Origin: the human T2T-CHM13v2.0 reference genome, Homo sapiens
DNA: 64,000 bases
Assembly: GCF_009914755.1 (NCBI RefSeq)
Contig: NC_060939.1
Direction: 5' to 3' (one strand)
Made by a program: the position numbers and the translations under genes
Shown: piece after piece, positions 1 to 14,870 of the stretch
Layout: every line of letters begins with the position of its first letter
How positions within the stretch are numbered: the first letter of the stretch is position 1
Notes under the pieces: model-generated
Databases searched by the model: none
What the model was told of the DNA's origin: nothing
Seen by the model: only the letters and a program-made list of their open reading frames with translations

Positions 1-460
1 CAGAGATGCCTCCTGGGCTTGTGGCTTGAATATCTGGATCTATGGAGTTGCAAACTCCTAAGACGGGAAACATGAAGGAGGGCCAGCAGCCTTACTATGT
101 CACCCCACATGTTTTCTTTGCTGTATTTACTGCCATAAACAAATGATAAGTTGTGGGCTGTAGCTCTTCCCTATAATGATGACAAATAAAGGGGGCAAAG
201 CTACCTCCAACACTCTCTGAGATAGCACCATGAATTCCCTTTCTGAATTTATCAATAGAAAATGTGCTAATGGATATTAATATTCAGTCATGGCAAATAT
301 GAATTCAGTTGTGTTTGAATCTCTCTCCAGCTGCCAGGAGAGCTTCACTATCAACCTCAGACATTCAGTGGATAAAACATAAAGTGTTTTTTAAAATTGC
401 CCCTATGCGATGTCTTGATTATGCATTCTGATGAAAGAGTTTATTTTTGAAACATTGTGA

Positions 461-790
<330 letters not shown>

Positions 791-954
791 TTATAATGTA
801 TTTCAATTTATGGACATCTATGCCTGAAGGCCTCCCAGCATTTTAAAAGAAAACAACCAAGAGAGTAACATAATCAAACAAGGCAATATGCCCAAATAAA
901 TAAATCCCATAGTTGGCTCATAAATAAACTTCCATACCTGGTACTCAACATTAA

Positions 955-1671
<717 letters not shown>

Positions 1672-2329
1672 TAGGTGCTTGAATAGAGTCTGGACCCTGG
1701 ACTATTTCACATACATTATTTTCCTCCACAGCTGACACCTATCATGTTGAAGGCTACTGATCATCTTTTCCTAGCCTCACCAACAGAAGCATCAATATGC
1801 CAATTTCCAACCTACCGTGCAGCAAAGATGCCGGCCTGAGAACTAGGCACCACTAATCAGATGTACCAGTAGGAGGATTTCCTTCATCTTAGCCGCTGGA
1901 GAAAAAGGCTTTGTGCAGGGTTTCCATAATTCCTGGTGGAAGGGATGATACAGCTGTCTAGCGTTTGGTGCAGCAGAGGCGACGGAGGTATTTACCCCTG
2001 TGGTTTCATGGCAGAAGTGGCACTGGGGACAGAGGAGAGGCAGCACTCTCTGGTGGTCAGGGTAGCAATGCCGCTCTTTCACCTGGCCATTTGTGCAATG
2101 TGATTTAGGCCTTGCTCCTGAAGGCTGAGCCTCAGAACTGGTCCTGCAATCCTTTGCCCAGCTATCTAAGTTACTCAGTATTTTTCCCCATACCTCTGAC
2201 GAACACGTGTATTATCTCCACCTAGCTTCAACAATTGGAACCTTTTACTATATTTATTTTATCCCTGGCTGCTTGTGTGTGTATATTTCTAATTTTATTC
2301 TTATTTTTGCTATAGCACTTGAAAGTTGT

Positions 2330-2970
2330 TGACCTCCTGACACTTAGCTAGCTCCTAAATACTTCAGAATACATCTCCTAAAAGTAAGTGTAATCTCTCA
2401 CAAAATCACAATACTGTTATCAAACCTAAGAAAATTATCAATATCATAATACTCTCTGGAGTACAACCCATATATAACTTCCTCCAATTGGAGAATAACT
2501 CTTATAACTATTCTTTTCAAAGCAGGATCTGATCCAGGTTCACTATTGCAGTTTATTTTCTTTTAGTCTGCAGTCTTTCTTTTAACAATTCATTCATGAC
2601 TTTGACTTTTTGAAGGATGAAACAGTTGTCTCATAGGCTGTACTACATTCCTGATTAGCCTAATAGTTTCCTTGTGATGCTGTTTAATTTATTCATCACT
2701 CTCCTTGTATTTCCTGTAAATCTTAAATGAGGGCTAGACGCCTGATTAAATTCAAGTTAACATTTTTTTGGAAAGCATATTTCATAAGTGGGCTTGTATG
2801 AATACACATCACATTACTGACAGGGGTTTCACTGTTGGTGGTATTATGTTTGGCCACTTGGTTAGGATGATCGCTGCCAGATTTCTCCACTGTAAATGTA
2901 TATATTTCATTACAGGTAACCTTGTAGTACGTAATCTGTGCTTTGCCATCTGTGAATATCTTTTTCTTTA
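2330..2970 (-). mobile_element. Ancient L1 (L1MC-like) 3' remnant
   Basis: Diverged similarity to the L1MC 3' UTR (CCTAAATACTTCAG...TCTCCTAAAA; GCCAGATTTCTCCACTGTAAA). Confidence 0.55.
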
Positions 2971-2980
2971 AATACTTTTC

Positions 2981-3309
<329 letters not shown>

Positions 3310-4379
3310 TCACCATATAATTTTTGTGTCTACTGGTGATTTTTGCCTGGCAATATCTTTTTAACAAACTCTTTTCCTCCTATATCAGCCCAAATTAGTA
3401 CCTGTTGCTTGCAGCTAAGAACTCTGATTTAGTGAGCTGTCTCCTGGGAATAAGAAACAGCCTGCAACTAGAAGATCTGAGCGCTAGTATGGGTTCATTA
3501 ACTGGCTGTGAGACCCTGAGCAGGTGCTTGACCCTCAGTGTGCTGCTGGCAGAACCAGTCACAATACACTTTCCTGGATTTAGTAAACTTTTCACTTCTG
3601 CTCACTTTGTTCCTTGCCTCTTCTTTTTCTCTGCTCCATTCTTTTGTCCATGGAATAGTAGGACAATGGGTAAAGGGGAAAAGGAACAAGATGGGCAAAG
3701 GGCTGAAGAGTTCTACCACACTTCACACAACGTTGCCCCAGATCAGTCTAAGAAATCCAATCATTTCAGCTCTCAGGTGCCGACTCCTTCATGGAATTCA
3801 GAGACTAATGCAACGGGAGCCTATTCTTTGGGGAACTCGTGGCTTGGTGGAGTATAATGTATGCAGGTTTTGTTGGATGCTTGCATGTGGACTTCTCATT
3901 TCCAATTCCAGCCTGTCTTCTTTTCTGCATTGTGAGCTCCTTTAGGGAAATGAAGCCCTTCCACATAGTGGAAACATTTAATGGCTGTCAAATGGATGAC
4001 AAATAAATACCAACTCATATATAAATATAATTACCCCTAAATTTATATCTCTCTTGACCTATATGTGTGTGTATATGTATACGTGTATATATCTATGTAT
4101 GATGATGCTTCAATGAAGTAGTAACGCATGTATTATAATCTCTGTGTAGCAGATAAAGAAACTGTGACACCAAGTGGTCAACTCGGTTGGCCAAGTTTCT
4201 AGTTAATCAATGGCAGAGGTAGAAGCAATTTTCCAATTTCTGGATCATTTCTCTGCATTTTAACTAAGTTCTGCAAAAAACCAGCATTGGCTTAAAGAAG
4301 AATACACCAGGCGTGGCCCACACAGACCTTAGTTAGCATCTTCACTCAGACCACTGCGGGCATGAAGCATTTCTTACTC

Positions 4380-4800
4380 TACAGCCAGCCGCTTACCTCT
4401 GAGCCATCACCTCACAGCTGGGCCAATAAACAGCAGAGCGTCCAGGCCTCAGGCCTCACCCAGCTAGGTGTGGGTGACCCTGCAGGTCTTGCGCCTGATT
4501 GCCAATTCCCGTAGATGCCCTTGGTTTTTAGTGTAATTGATGTGTCATAGGCTTCATCCTGTGATTTGTTACAGCCTCATTGATTAACGGGGGTTTGGCA
4601 GAGCCCAGTGTTTTTCTGCTGCTTTCTCTGGCAGGAGTGTTTGTTCAGCAAACAAGAAGGAAGCAGGTAGGGATGAAAGTACAGAGACTGTCTTCCCTTG
4701 TATCTCTTCCCCTCCGGGCATCACTGAATCAGCCAGGGTTGGATTAACCTAATGAGGTTTGGTGATGTGGGTTCCATCACGACCGGTTCCTTTAGTGCCC
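4380..4800. promoter_or_regulatory. Candidate developmental enhancer (non-repeat, motif-dense)
   Basis: Unique sequence with CCAAT, TGCCAA, TAATTG, TGATTAAC and GGATTA (K50 homeodomain) motifs. Conservation not verified. Confidence 0.4.
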
Positions 4801-5219
4801 CAGGGGAGCTGTCGTGCCCCTTTTAGCTTTATAAGGAACTAGAGGCTTAAAAGAATTTATGAAAAGTTGTGGGTATAGAAGACCTACCTGGGTTTCCTAG
4901 AAAAAACAAAACACAATAAAATATAATGCAGCCTGTTGACAAAATGAATCAATGGCAACCGAAGTCAGAATAGTTTATCTCTGGGGGTGGGTACTGACAG
5001 GGAAGAAGGCATAGAAATGGGCCTTCCATGATGGAAACATTGCATATCATGAGCTGGGTGGTAGTTATCTCTGTATGTGCATATTTATATAGATGTAAGA
5101 TTAAGATTTAGACACTTTACTCCGCGTATATTATGATCTTATTAAGTTTCTTATTCTTAAAATACAGCCTGTTGTAATGGCAGGAACACCATGTTCAGGG
5201 CCACCTTCTTATTGTTCAC

Positions 5220-5450
5220 ATTTTAGTTCTCGTCACTTCTTCAGTGAGGCCTTTACTGACCGTGGCTAGAGTAGCCCACCCTCCCCTCTGCACTCTATCC
5301 AATTATCTGAGTTGTTTTCTTCATTGCACTTATCATCATCTGAAAACGGCGTATTTACTGACGTATTTATTGGCTATCTCTCACCACTAGCATGTAGATT
5401 CTGTGACGGCAGAGTTTCTGATGGCCTTATTTCCTGTGGGATCCCCAGCA
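5220..5450 (+). mobile_element. L2 LINE 3' remnant
   Basis: GTCACTTCTTCAGTGAGGCCTT...TTTTCTTCATTGCACTTATCA...CTCTCACCACTAGCATGT resembles the L2 3' end. Confidence 0.6.
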
Positions 5451-5796
5451 GGAGACACGTGCTGATTTTCTGACTGACTGCGGCGGAGACACGTGAGCTG
5501 GTGTGAGGACTCAGTTATGGGACAAGTGTTACCAAAATGAGATCACGAGATCATAGGACGCTCATGGTCAGGACTTAGGACTGTGGTCAAAGACAAGAGT
5601 GAGAGTGAAGCAGGCCAAAGTCCAACATACTGGCCAGCAAACCAAGTGGAGGTCACAGTTAGGCACGAGTGGTCACCAGGCCAGCTGTGAGGGCAGCTCA
5701 GACCTGCCAGGCCAACGCTGCCCTCTCCAGCCAAGGCACGGCCCTGCTGGCAGGTCAGCTTAGAGGTCTGAGCCTGCCTCCTGAGGTAAGAACAGA

Positions 5797-6020
5797 CCAG
5801 TGGTTCTCAACCAGGAGCAATTTTACTTTCCAGAGGATAGCTGACAATATCTGAAGACATTTTTAGTTATCACAACTGGGGGAGGAGGCTACTGGCATTT
5901 ACTGATGAGAGGCCAGGGATGCTGCTAGACATCCTACAATGCACTGTACAGTCCCCAACCCTCCATAGACAAGAATCAGCAAGGCCAAAATATCAGTAGT
6001 GCCCAGGGTAAGAAACCTTG
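5797..6020. mobile_element. MER20 (hAT-Charlie) DNA transposon
   Basis: CAGTGGTTCTCAACC...TCACAACTGGGG...GAGGCCAGGGATGCTGCTA...AGAAACCTTG. Confidence 0.85.
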
Positions 6021-6033
6021 GACTCGAGGGTAG

Positions 6034-6607
<574 letters not shown>

Positions 6608-6789
6608 GGACATGGATTTTCTGAGAAAAAGAATTTCTACCCACAAGCCAGTTTTTATGGCTATCCCTTTCTTCACAAAGGCTGATCAATATTTAAATCT
6701 ATTTTATAGTGGCATTCTGGAATTTAAAACCTAAACCTGGTTTGAGTTTCCCTCACTGGATGAACTCCTAACTCCTGGCAGCTCTGTCT

Positions 6790-7600
6790 GACAACCAGTC
6801 ATTCTTGGGCTCCAGGCCAATTTCTTTAACGAATCTCTCTAATTTAATCCATATTTTCCCGCCTCTCTATTAAGTGCCACCCAGGCTCATTGAACCTAAT
6901 ATTTGAACCAAACATATTTAATGACTGTCCTTTCGTTAAACATTACAAGCTCTTTAAGACCTTGGCAGACGGGTGCCCCCTTGGATAACCTAGAGCCCCA
7001 GCAAAGTCAATAGTCAGGGCCAAGTTAATCCCTCTGCTCCCTTCCTCCCCGCTGGGCCTGGAGCCTTGTGGGTGAGACAGCCTTTATCACTGGGGAAGCA
7101 TACGTTTTCCAGGCCAATGGATTCAGTGCTTCGGCTGTATCTCATGCCTTGACACTAGATGTCAGCGAAGGGTAATTGTTGTCTCAATTTAGAGGCCAGC
7201 TTAGGTAGCTGCTGGCACCCTTGGTTCATGTTTTATAGCAAAGGTGAAGTATGGCTCCGTTCCCGTTGCACACATATATTACAATAAAAGGGGGTATCGG
7301 CGCCTAGTGTTTTTAAAGGCTAGTCATAAAAGATGAATAACGAGGCAGTTTAAAGCTAAAAGACAGCTGCCAAGTTCAATGGCCATGATGGATGCCAAAT
7401 ACCCAGTGTAGAGAAAACCCGTTCCTCTGACACCACCATCCAAAAAATTAATTACCACAATTCAGCATCTTTAAATGTGCCACTTAATATACTGCTACCA
7501 TAATTAAATTTCCAGCCCTGTGACCTTGAAACCATTTCCTGAGATAATAAATGAGATCAAGGTTTAATCGATGCAGATGCAAGTAGAAACTGTCCAAGGA
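6790..7600. promoter_or_regulatory. Candidate conserved non-coding enhancer with CTCF-like site
   Basis: TAATCC (6845, 7026), TAAGTG/CACTTA, TGATGGAT (7386), GTCATAAAA (7323), TGACCTTGA (7521), TAATTA, ATCGAT; CTCF-like GACACTAGATGTCAGCG at 7151. Confidence 0.5.
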
Positions 7601-8801
7601 TGCAAAGAGCCATTGCGCTCTGAGTCGAGGTTGGTGGGGGGTGGGCTGGGGAGGCTGAGGTGGGACAGAGCTCTGCCACAGGGTTGAGCTTGTCCTTCTT
7701 TCAGAGGGATGTCTCTTAAAGTTGCTGTATCTGCCAACTGGGATGGCACAGTGAGGTAGAAATGGAGCTGAATCCAGAGCCAAGAGGCTAATGTTCTTGT
7801 CAGAGCTGTGCTACTAAAATTCTGTTTGACCTCAGAGGAGACACACCTCCCTGGGCATTGGAGGCTGTTCTCATCTGTAGAAAGAAGGGCTAGAGAACAT
7901 AGCCTCCAGAGTTCTTTCTAGCCCTAATGTCCCATGATATACATATTTTTTATTTTTGGTCAAGCTTTATGAGAGCAATGTGCCTCTTTCCCTCCCAGAA
8001 ACAGCTCCCAGCCCCAGCTATCTTTTGGAAACTGTGTGGTACACAATTTTTCTGTCAGCTACTCAGGAGTTATGGATGACGGTGGTGGATGCATGGGGTT
8101 TGCTTGTATCTCCTCCTGTAGAATACCATCGTCTTACTATCTAGGTTCCTCAGGGGACTATTAACACTCCCTTGTCCAGCTAACCTCAGGGTGTACTTGG
8201 GGCACATTTAGATCCTCACCAAGTGAAGAGTTAATTCTCAAATAGAAGAGCACAGAACATAAAAGGCCTTCATAAAGAATCTGGCTAAAACAAAAGCCAG
8301 AGGCAGGTTTAAAAAGTGGAACCACATGCAGTCAGGGAGCTGTGTGTGAAGAAAGAGTGGGTGACCCTATCCCCATGCCTTGGACATGGGGTAGGGCAGT
8401 GCCCACATTTGGTGTCAATTAAAAACTGCTGAACACCAATGAGGCTCTAGGAACTGTGCCAGAGGGTGGTCCTTGCCCTTGATTTGCTCATAGCATTTTA
8501 GGGAAATGGGAAGAAATCATTTCACAACAGTGTCGTGGTATGATAATACAGGTAGGTATGTATATGGTACTTGCTGATCTGGGTGGAGCCTTGTTAGCTT
8601 TGCCTTTTATTAGCCCCTTATTTCCAGATGCCTTCTTGAATCCCTGCCAGTGGATTGGTTTTTGTAGCAGGGACATCCACCCTTAACATAAGCACAGAAA
8701 CTAAAAGCTGTAATTCACTAGCCTAAGAAGGGTTTGTTTAATGTTAGCCTTTTCCTCTCTATATCAATATTGAATAAATCTCTCAACCTATCTGCTTGCC
8801 T

Positions 8802-8827
8802 ACACACACACACACACACACACACAC
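8802..8827 (+). repeat. (CA)n microsatellite
   Basis: Directly visible in the sequence. Confidence 0.95.
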
Positions 8828-8835
8828 GTCTAAGG

Positions 8836-8975
8836 CAGTGGGTCTCAACTGGGAGTGATTTTTGGCAATGTCTAGAGACATTTTGATGATCACAACTGGG
8901 GTGTTGGTAACTGCTGGCATCTCACGGGGAGAAGCCAGGGATGCTGCTGAACATCCCATGATTCACAGGATAGCC
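8836..8975. mobile_element. MER20 partial
   Basis: CAGTGGGTCTCAACTGGG...GGCAATGTCTAGAGACATTTT...GCCAGGGATGCTGCTGAACATCC. Confidence 0.75.
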
Positions 8976-8999
8976 ACAGAAATTCTGGCTGAAGGCAGT

Positions 9000-9438
9000 T
9001 GCTATGGACTGAATGTTTCTGGCCCTCTAAAATTCATATGTTGAAATTCCAATTCTCAATGTGATGGTATTAGGAGGAGGGGCCTTTGGGAGGTAATTAG
9101 GACATGAGGGTGGAGCTCTCATGAATGGGATTAATACCCTTGTAAAAAGACACAAGAGAGCTTGCTTTGTCTCTCTCTGCAACCATCAGAAGGTTTGTCT
9201 GAGAGCTAAGGATCTGCCTCCAAGTTGGCACAATCACACCACTGGCAAGCTCATTGAGAATACAATGAGAAGATGACCATCTGCAAACCATCTGCAAACC
9301 AGGAAGTGAACCCTCACAAGACACCGCTGGTCCCTTGATCTTGGACTTCCCAGTCTTCGGAACTGTGAGGAATAGATTTCTGTTGCTTAAACCACCCAAT
9401 CTATGGTATTTCTGTTATAGTTGCCAGAATTAAGACAG
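9000..9438 (+). mobile_element. MLT1A-type MaLR solo LTR
   Basis: TGCTATGGACTGAATG...AAAATTCATATGTTGAAA...GGACTTCCCAG...CTATGGTATT...TAAGACA. Confidence 0.85.
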
Positions 9439-9559
9439 TAGTCTACCTAACATCAACTCAACCAGTTGAAAAATAATAAAAACAATCATACATCTGTTGT
9501 GACTTTGGTCTTAATGTATCAAAATAATTGGTTCCATTGATTTTTTTAAGTAGTGAATT

Positions 9560-11150
9560 ACTTTGATGTGGATTGGTGAAGGCACAGACTAAGTGCGCTG
9601 CCAGTTGATTAATGCAGGCATTGAGTGCTCAGAATCCTGAGCTTGAGCAGGGGTGATGACCAATGTGGATTCAAGCAGTCATCACAGAAGGTGGTCATAA
9701 TAATGGCAGGTATCTTGAGAAAGAAAATTGACTCAAGGACTGAGCCCGGGAACACTCTGACAATTAGGGTCAGGAAGATAGGAGGAAACCAGCAGAAAAC
9801 CTGGAAAGGAATGCTCAGAAAACTAGAAGGAGAGCAAAAAAGAGGAATGTCCCAGAAAGAAAGTGAAGCAAGCATTTCATGGAGGAGGGAGTGATCAATT
9901 TTGTCAAATGCGGCTGAGAGGTTAAACAAAACGAGAACACTGGATTTTAGTGTTGAGATCTTTTGAGAGTCCAGTAGAGAATCAAAGAAGACAAAGCAGA
10001 GACAGAAAATACAGACTTTCATTTGAGGGATTTTGCTGTGAAGGGGAATAGAGAAATACTGCTGTAGCTAGAAGGCAGTTGTGAGGCCAAGAGGTATGTG
10101 TTGCTTGCTTTTTTGATAGGAGATATTATAGCATGTTGGCATGCTGATGGTACTGATCCACTAAAGAGGAAAATATTGGTGATGCAGGAGTGAAAGGGGA
10201 CAATTGCTTGAACAATGTTTTTGAGTTGGTGAGAGGGGACTGGACCTCCGGTACAAGGGAAGTGTTTGCCTATGGTGGAATCGCAGATAATTCTTTTATA
10301 TTGTGTTATTGTGTTAGTAATCTATTGCCATATAACAAATGACCCCCAAATTTAGTGGCTTGAAAAACCCACATTTATTATTTCACACAATATATGTTGA
10401 TCAGGAATTTAGCAGCATCTAAGTTGGGTAGTTCTGGCCCAAGATCTCCTATGAGGTTGCAGTGAAGATGTTGGCCAAGGCTGGAACCATTAGAAAGCTT
10501 GTCTGGGAGCTAATGATTTGCTTCCAAGATGGTGCACTCACATGACTGGCAAGCTCATATTGGCTGCTGGTGGGAAGCCTGAGTTCCTCACTGATGGACT
10601 CCTTCACAGGGCTACTTGAATGTATTCACAACATAGCATCTTTCCCCAGAGCAAATGATCTAAGAAAGAACAAGGCAGAAGCCTCAATGCTTTTAAAACC
10701 TAGCCTGGGAAGTCACACACCTTCAGTGCCTTCACATTCTATTTTTTAGGACCAAGTCATTAAGTCCTCAGTCTAGGGAAGGGATTTTAGGCTCCACTTT
10801 TTGAAGGGAGTAATGTCAAAGATTTTTGCACATATTCTTAAACCACCACATTGTAGTAACAGGAAGAAAGCCAGGGAATGTGGCCACAGATGCCAGTATC
10901 ACATCCACAGATGCTGGTGGATATAGTGATGGCAACTGGTAGACTTTTCTGAGTGCTTCTATGTCTTCAATAAAATAGGAAGCAAGGCCATCAGCTGAGA
11001 GTGGCCATGGGGAGAAGGGGTTGGAATGGGAGAGTGAATGAACTGGTAGGACTTTCAGGTCAACTATGGGCTCCCTCAAGGTGAGTGGCCATGAACTTAA
11101 GCAAAAACAATCAACAGTGTAGATGTTTTCCTCCAAGTGGGCTCAGCTAA
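9560..11150 (-). mobile_element. L2 LINE remnant including an RT motif, interrupted by MLT1F
   Basis: The minus-strand ORF at 9609-10022 contains LFNLSAAFDKIDHSLL, matching the L2/CR1 RT motif LDLSAAFDTVDH. Confidence 0.75.
10305..10850 (-). mobile_element. MLT1F-type MaLR LTR
   Basis: CTATTGCCATATAACAAATGACCCCCAAATTTAGTGGCTT...CTTCCAAGATGG...TTTGCACATATTCTTAAACCACCACA. Confidence 0.75.
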
Positions 11151-11178
11151 GAGCACAGAGTGTGAGAAAAAATACCCT

Positions 11179-11595
<417 letters not shown>

Positions 11596-11669
11596 AGAAA
11601 AAATACCCTCACCTCCAAGAAGACCAGATTTTTATCTTTTTATTTAAGTATTCACAGACTTATTTCCTT

Positions 11670-11950
11670 TTTATTTTTATTTTTTATTGTTTGAGATGGA
11701 GTCTCACTATGTTGCCCAGGCTGGAGTGCAGTGGCACGATCATGGCTCACTGCAGCCTCAACTTCCCGGGCTCAGGTGATCTTTCCACCTGAGCCTCCTG
11801 AGTAGCTAGTACTACAGGCATGCACCACCATGCCCTGCTAAATTTTGTATTTTTAGTAGAGACAGGGTTTCACTATGTTGCCCAGGCTGGTCTTGAACTC
11901 ATGGCCTACCAAAGTGCTGTGATTATAGGAGTGAGCCACCATGCCTGGCC
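11670..11950 (-). mobile_element. Alu SINE (AluJ-like)
   Basis: GATCATGGCTCACTGCAGCCTC, typical of AluJ; left arm has an internal deletion. Confidence 0.9.
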
Positions 11951-13485
11951 TCCTTTTTATTTTTAAAGAACATATTTGCTTGTATCAACATAAGAACAGT
12001 GCTTCATATCTCTTTCCAATTCATATTATTCTGTCATGTTTTCCCAAATTAACTGCATGCAGGATTTCTCCTCCCTGTTCGCTTAACATGAGCAATGTAG
12101 GGGTGAATTAGAGCTGCACTGTGCCCACAGCTGGTTGAGCCCCAGCATGCTGTTGGGGACCAAATTGGAAGTGATGGTAGAAGCTACAGCAGGATAGATT
12201 TTTCTCTGTGCGAGGAAAGCATTCTCGTATGTAGAGCTACTTAAACACAAAAGGGGCTCCCTCACAGGTAGTGGATGAGCCCCGCTTTTGGAGAAGTGTT
12301 GATGCATCTCTAGGCTCCTTCAGAAGGAAAACCTACACCAGGTGGGAGGTTGGAGGAGTGGACTTGCAAGGACTCCTCCAGTTCTCTGATTCTGTGATCC
12401 GGTCACCTGGGGTCTTTTCATTGAACAAATATTTATTGAGCCCTTACCGTGTGACATGCACTGTGTATTGAACACCTCTTGAGCGCCACTTCAGGTCTTC
12501 TCAGACTTGCCTCTTGTGCCAGCCACAGCTGTGGTGCCCAGTTCCCTGCAGACTTCAACAAAGCTCCACAGATGCAGCCTGATGGGGCTTCGCCTCTGGC
12601 CTGCAGCGTGAGCCTCTTTGCTTCCTGCCCTGGCTTCTCTACAGCTGTGTCATCCGTTGGATTCCCAGGGGAGTCCACTTGGCACTCAGACCTGTGCAAC
12701 CCGGAAGGGTGGAGGAGTTAGAGCTCCATAAGATACCTGGACCAGTGGGGCATGGGGTTCCTCCCACTTTCTTCTTCTGAGAAGACGGCCTGAGAGGCAT
12801 TTCAGAAGTCTCCCCAGAAGGTCCTGCGGGATCCACCTGTTACTGCTGCAGCAGTTGACTTGATAATGTGACCTTGTACTGCTTCTCCCTCCTTTGCTCT
12901 TGCCCACTGGTGTCACAGTCTCAAATAACTATTCAAATACAGGCTTTGTCTTCCACTCCACTTTTGGGGAAATCTAGGCTAAGATAATTGTAATAGGTGA
13001 TAGGAATATAGTATTGATCAAAATAAATGTGACTTCAGTTGGCATGGGGATTATAGTCTTATGATATACGCTACCATGAAGGTCTATATTTCTATTTCAT
13101 CCACAGGGAGAAAGAGAAATACAGGTGCTTGGTCACTGCATATTCATGGGGGGTTTGATAGTTATAAGATCTTTCAGAGACACCTTTATCATATAATCTT
13201 GGCTGAAATTTTACTAGCACTGTTATTCACAGTTTATCATCATAGAACCTGAGTAACAGAGGTGTGAACCAGCTGTTGAAGCCTACATTCATTAGATATG
13301 CAATACGATCTAAGAAATTGGAAAATAGATTTACTAGAGTCCTTTTCAGATCAACATATGATATGAGCCTTTGGGTTTTTAAATTACTTCTTTGTAATTT
13401 ATTTTGGGGATACCTTCCTAAATGCTATTATTTGATACTAAGTTGCTGGTTTGGAAGTTTATCTTTGGCATAAAATGGAATGTTC

Positions 13486-13790
<305 letters not shown>

Positions 13791-13819
13791 TTAAGTTTCT
13801 TATAAAGTATGACTTTTTT

Positions 13820-14340
13820 GTAGTTTAATTTTTTTGAATACATAATGTATTCATATGGTTAAAATTCCCCCTCCTGCCCTCCATGTCCTCCAGTTCATAT
13901 TCTCTCCAAGAGGTAACTAGTTTTTAGTTTCTTATTTATTCTTCCAGAGAATTTGTATGCATATTAGAATCAACACACATACATATTTTTTTGCTTTTTA
14001 ATTTTGTTTATTTTTTTAATGGTAGTACACTATGTTTGTCATGGATCTTGCTGTTTTCTCTTAATATATCTTTGAGATCTTTCCATTCTATTATATAAAT
14101 AAATTCATTCATTTTATAGCTATAGAGTATTTAATTGTTATATATGTTGCAATGAGCTATCCTGTACAAATGTCATATTTACATGTGTAAGTATATCTGT
14201 GGGGTAAATGTTTTAAAAGAGAAAATGCTGCATTAAAGACATATGCGCTTGTCATTTTGATAGCCATTGACATATTGCTCTTTGGTGGCATCGTAGCAAT
14301 TTGCATGCCCACTGACAGTATATGAAAATGCCTATTTAGG
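13820..14340 (-). mobile_element. Ancient L1ME-like remnant
   Basis: CCAAGAGGTAACTAG...TCTTCCAGAGA...ATATCTGTGGGGTAAAT...CCCACTGACAGTATATGA. Confidence 0.55.
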
Positions 14341-14384
14341 CATAAAATGTTTACTTTTAAAAATTAACAAATGATTTACATTCT

Positions 14385-14870
14385 ATTATAAAAATACATG
14401 CACTCGTATGTTCACTGCAGCACTAGTCACAATAGCAAAGACATGAAATCAGCCCAAATGCCCATCAATGATAGACTGGACAAAGAAAATCTGGTACACA
14501 TACACCACGGAATACTATGAAGCCAAAAAAGGAATGAGATCATGTCCTTCACAGGGACATGGATGAAGCTGGAAGCCATTATCCTCAGCAAACTAACACA
14601 GGAACAGAAAATCAAACATCACATGTTTTCACTTATAAGTGGGAGCTGAACAATGAGGACACATAGACACAAAGAGGGGAACAACACACGGTGGGACCTG
14701 TCAGGGGAGGGCGGGGGTGGGGAGAGCATTAGGGAAAAGAGCTAATGCATGCTGGACTGAATACCGTAGGTGATGGGTTTAAAGGTGCAGCAAACCACCA
14801 CGGCACACGTTTACCTATGTAACAAATCTGCACATCCTGCACCTGTACCACGGAACTTAAAAAAATTAAT
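14385..14870 (+). mobile_element. L1PA (L1PA13-like) 5'-truncated 3' end
   Basis: GGAAGCCATTATCCTCAGCAAACTAACACAGGAACAG...GGTGCAGCAAACCACC...ACCTATGTAACAAA; degenerate TSD AAAATTAAxAxATGAxTTA. Confidence 0.9.

Noticed and set aside
3405-3945. 150-aa and 135-aa overlapping ORFs
   Set aside because: Non-ATG starts, no recognisable domain and no convincing exon structure.
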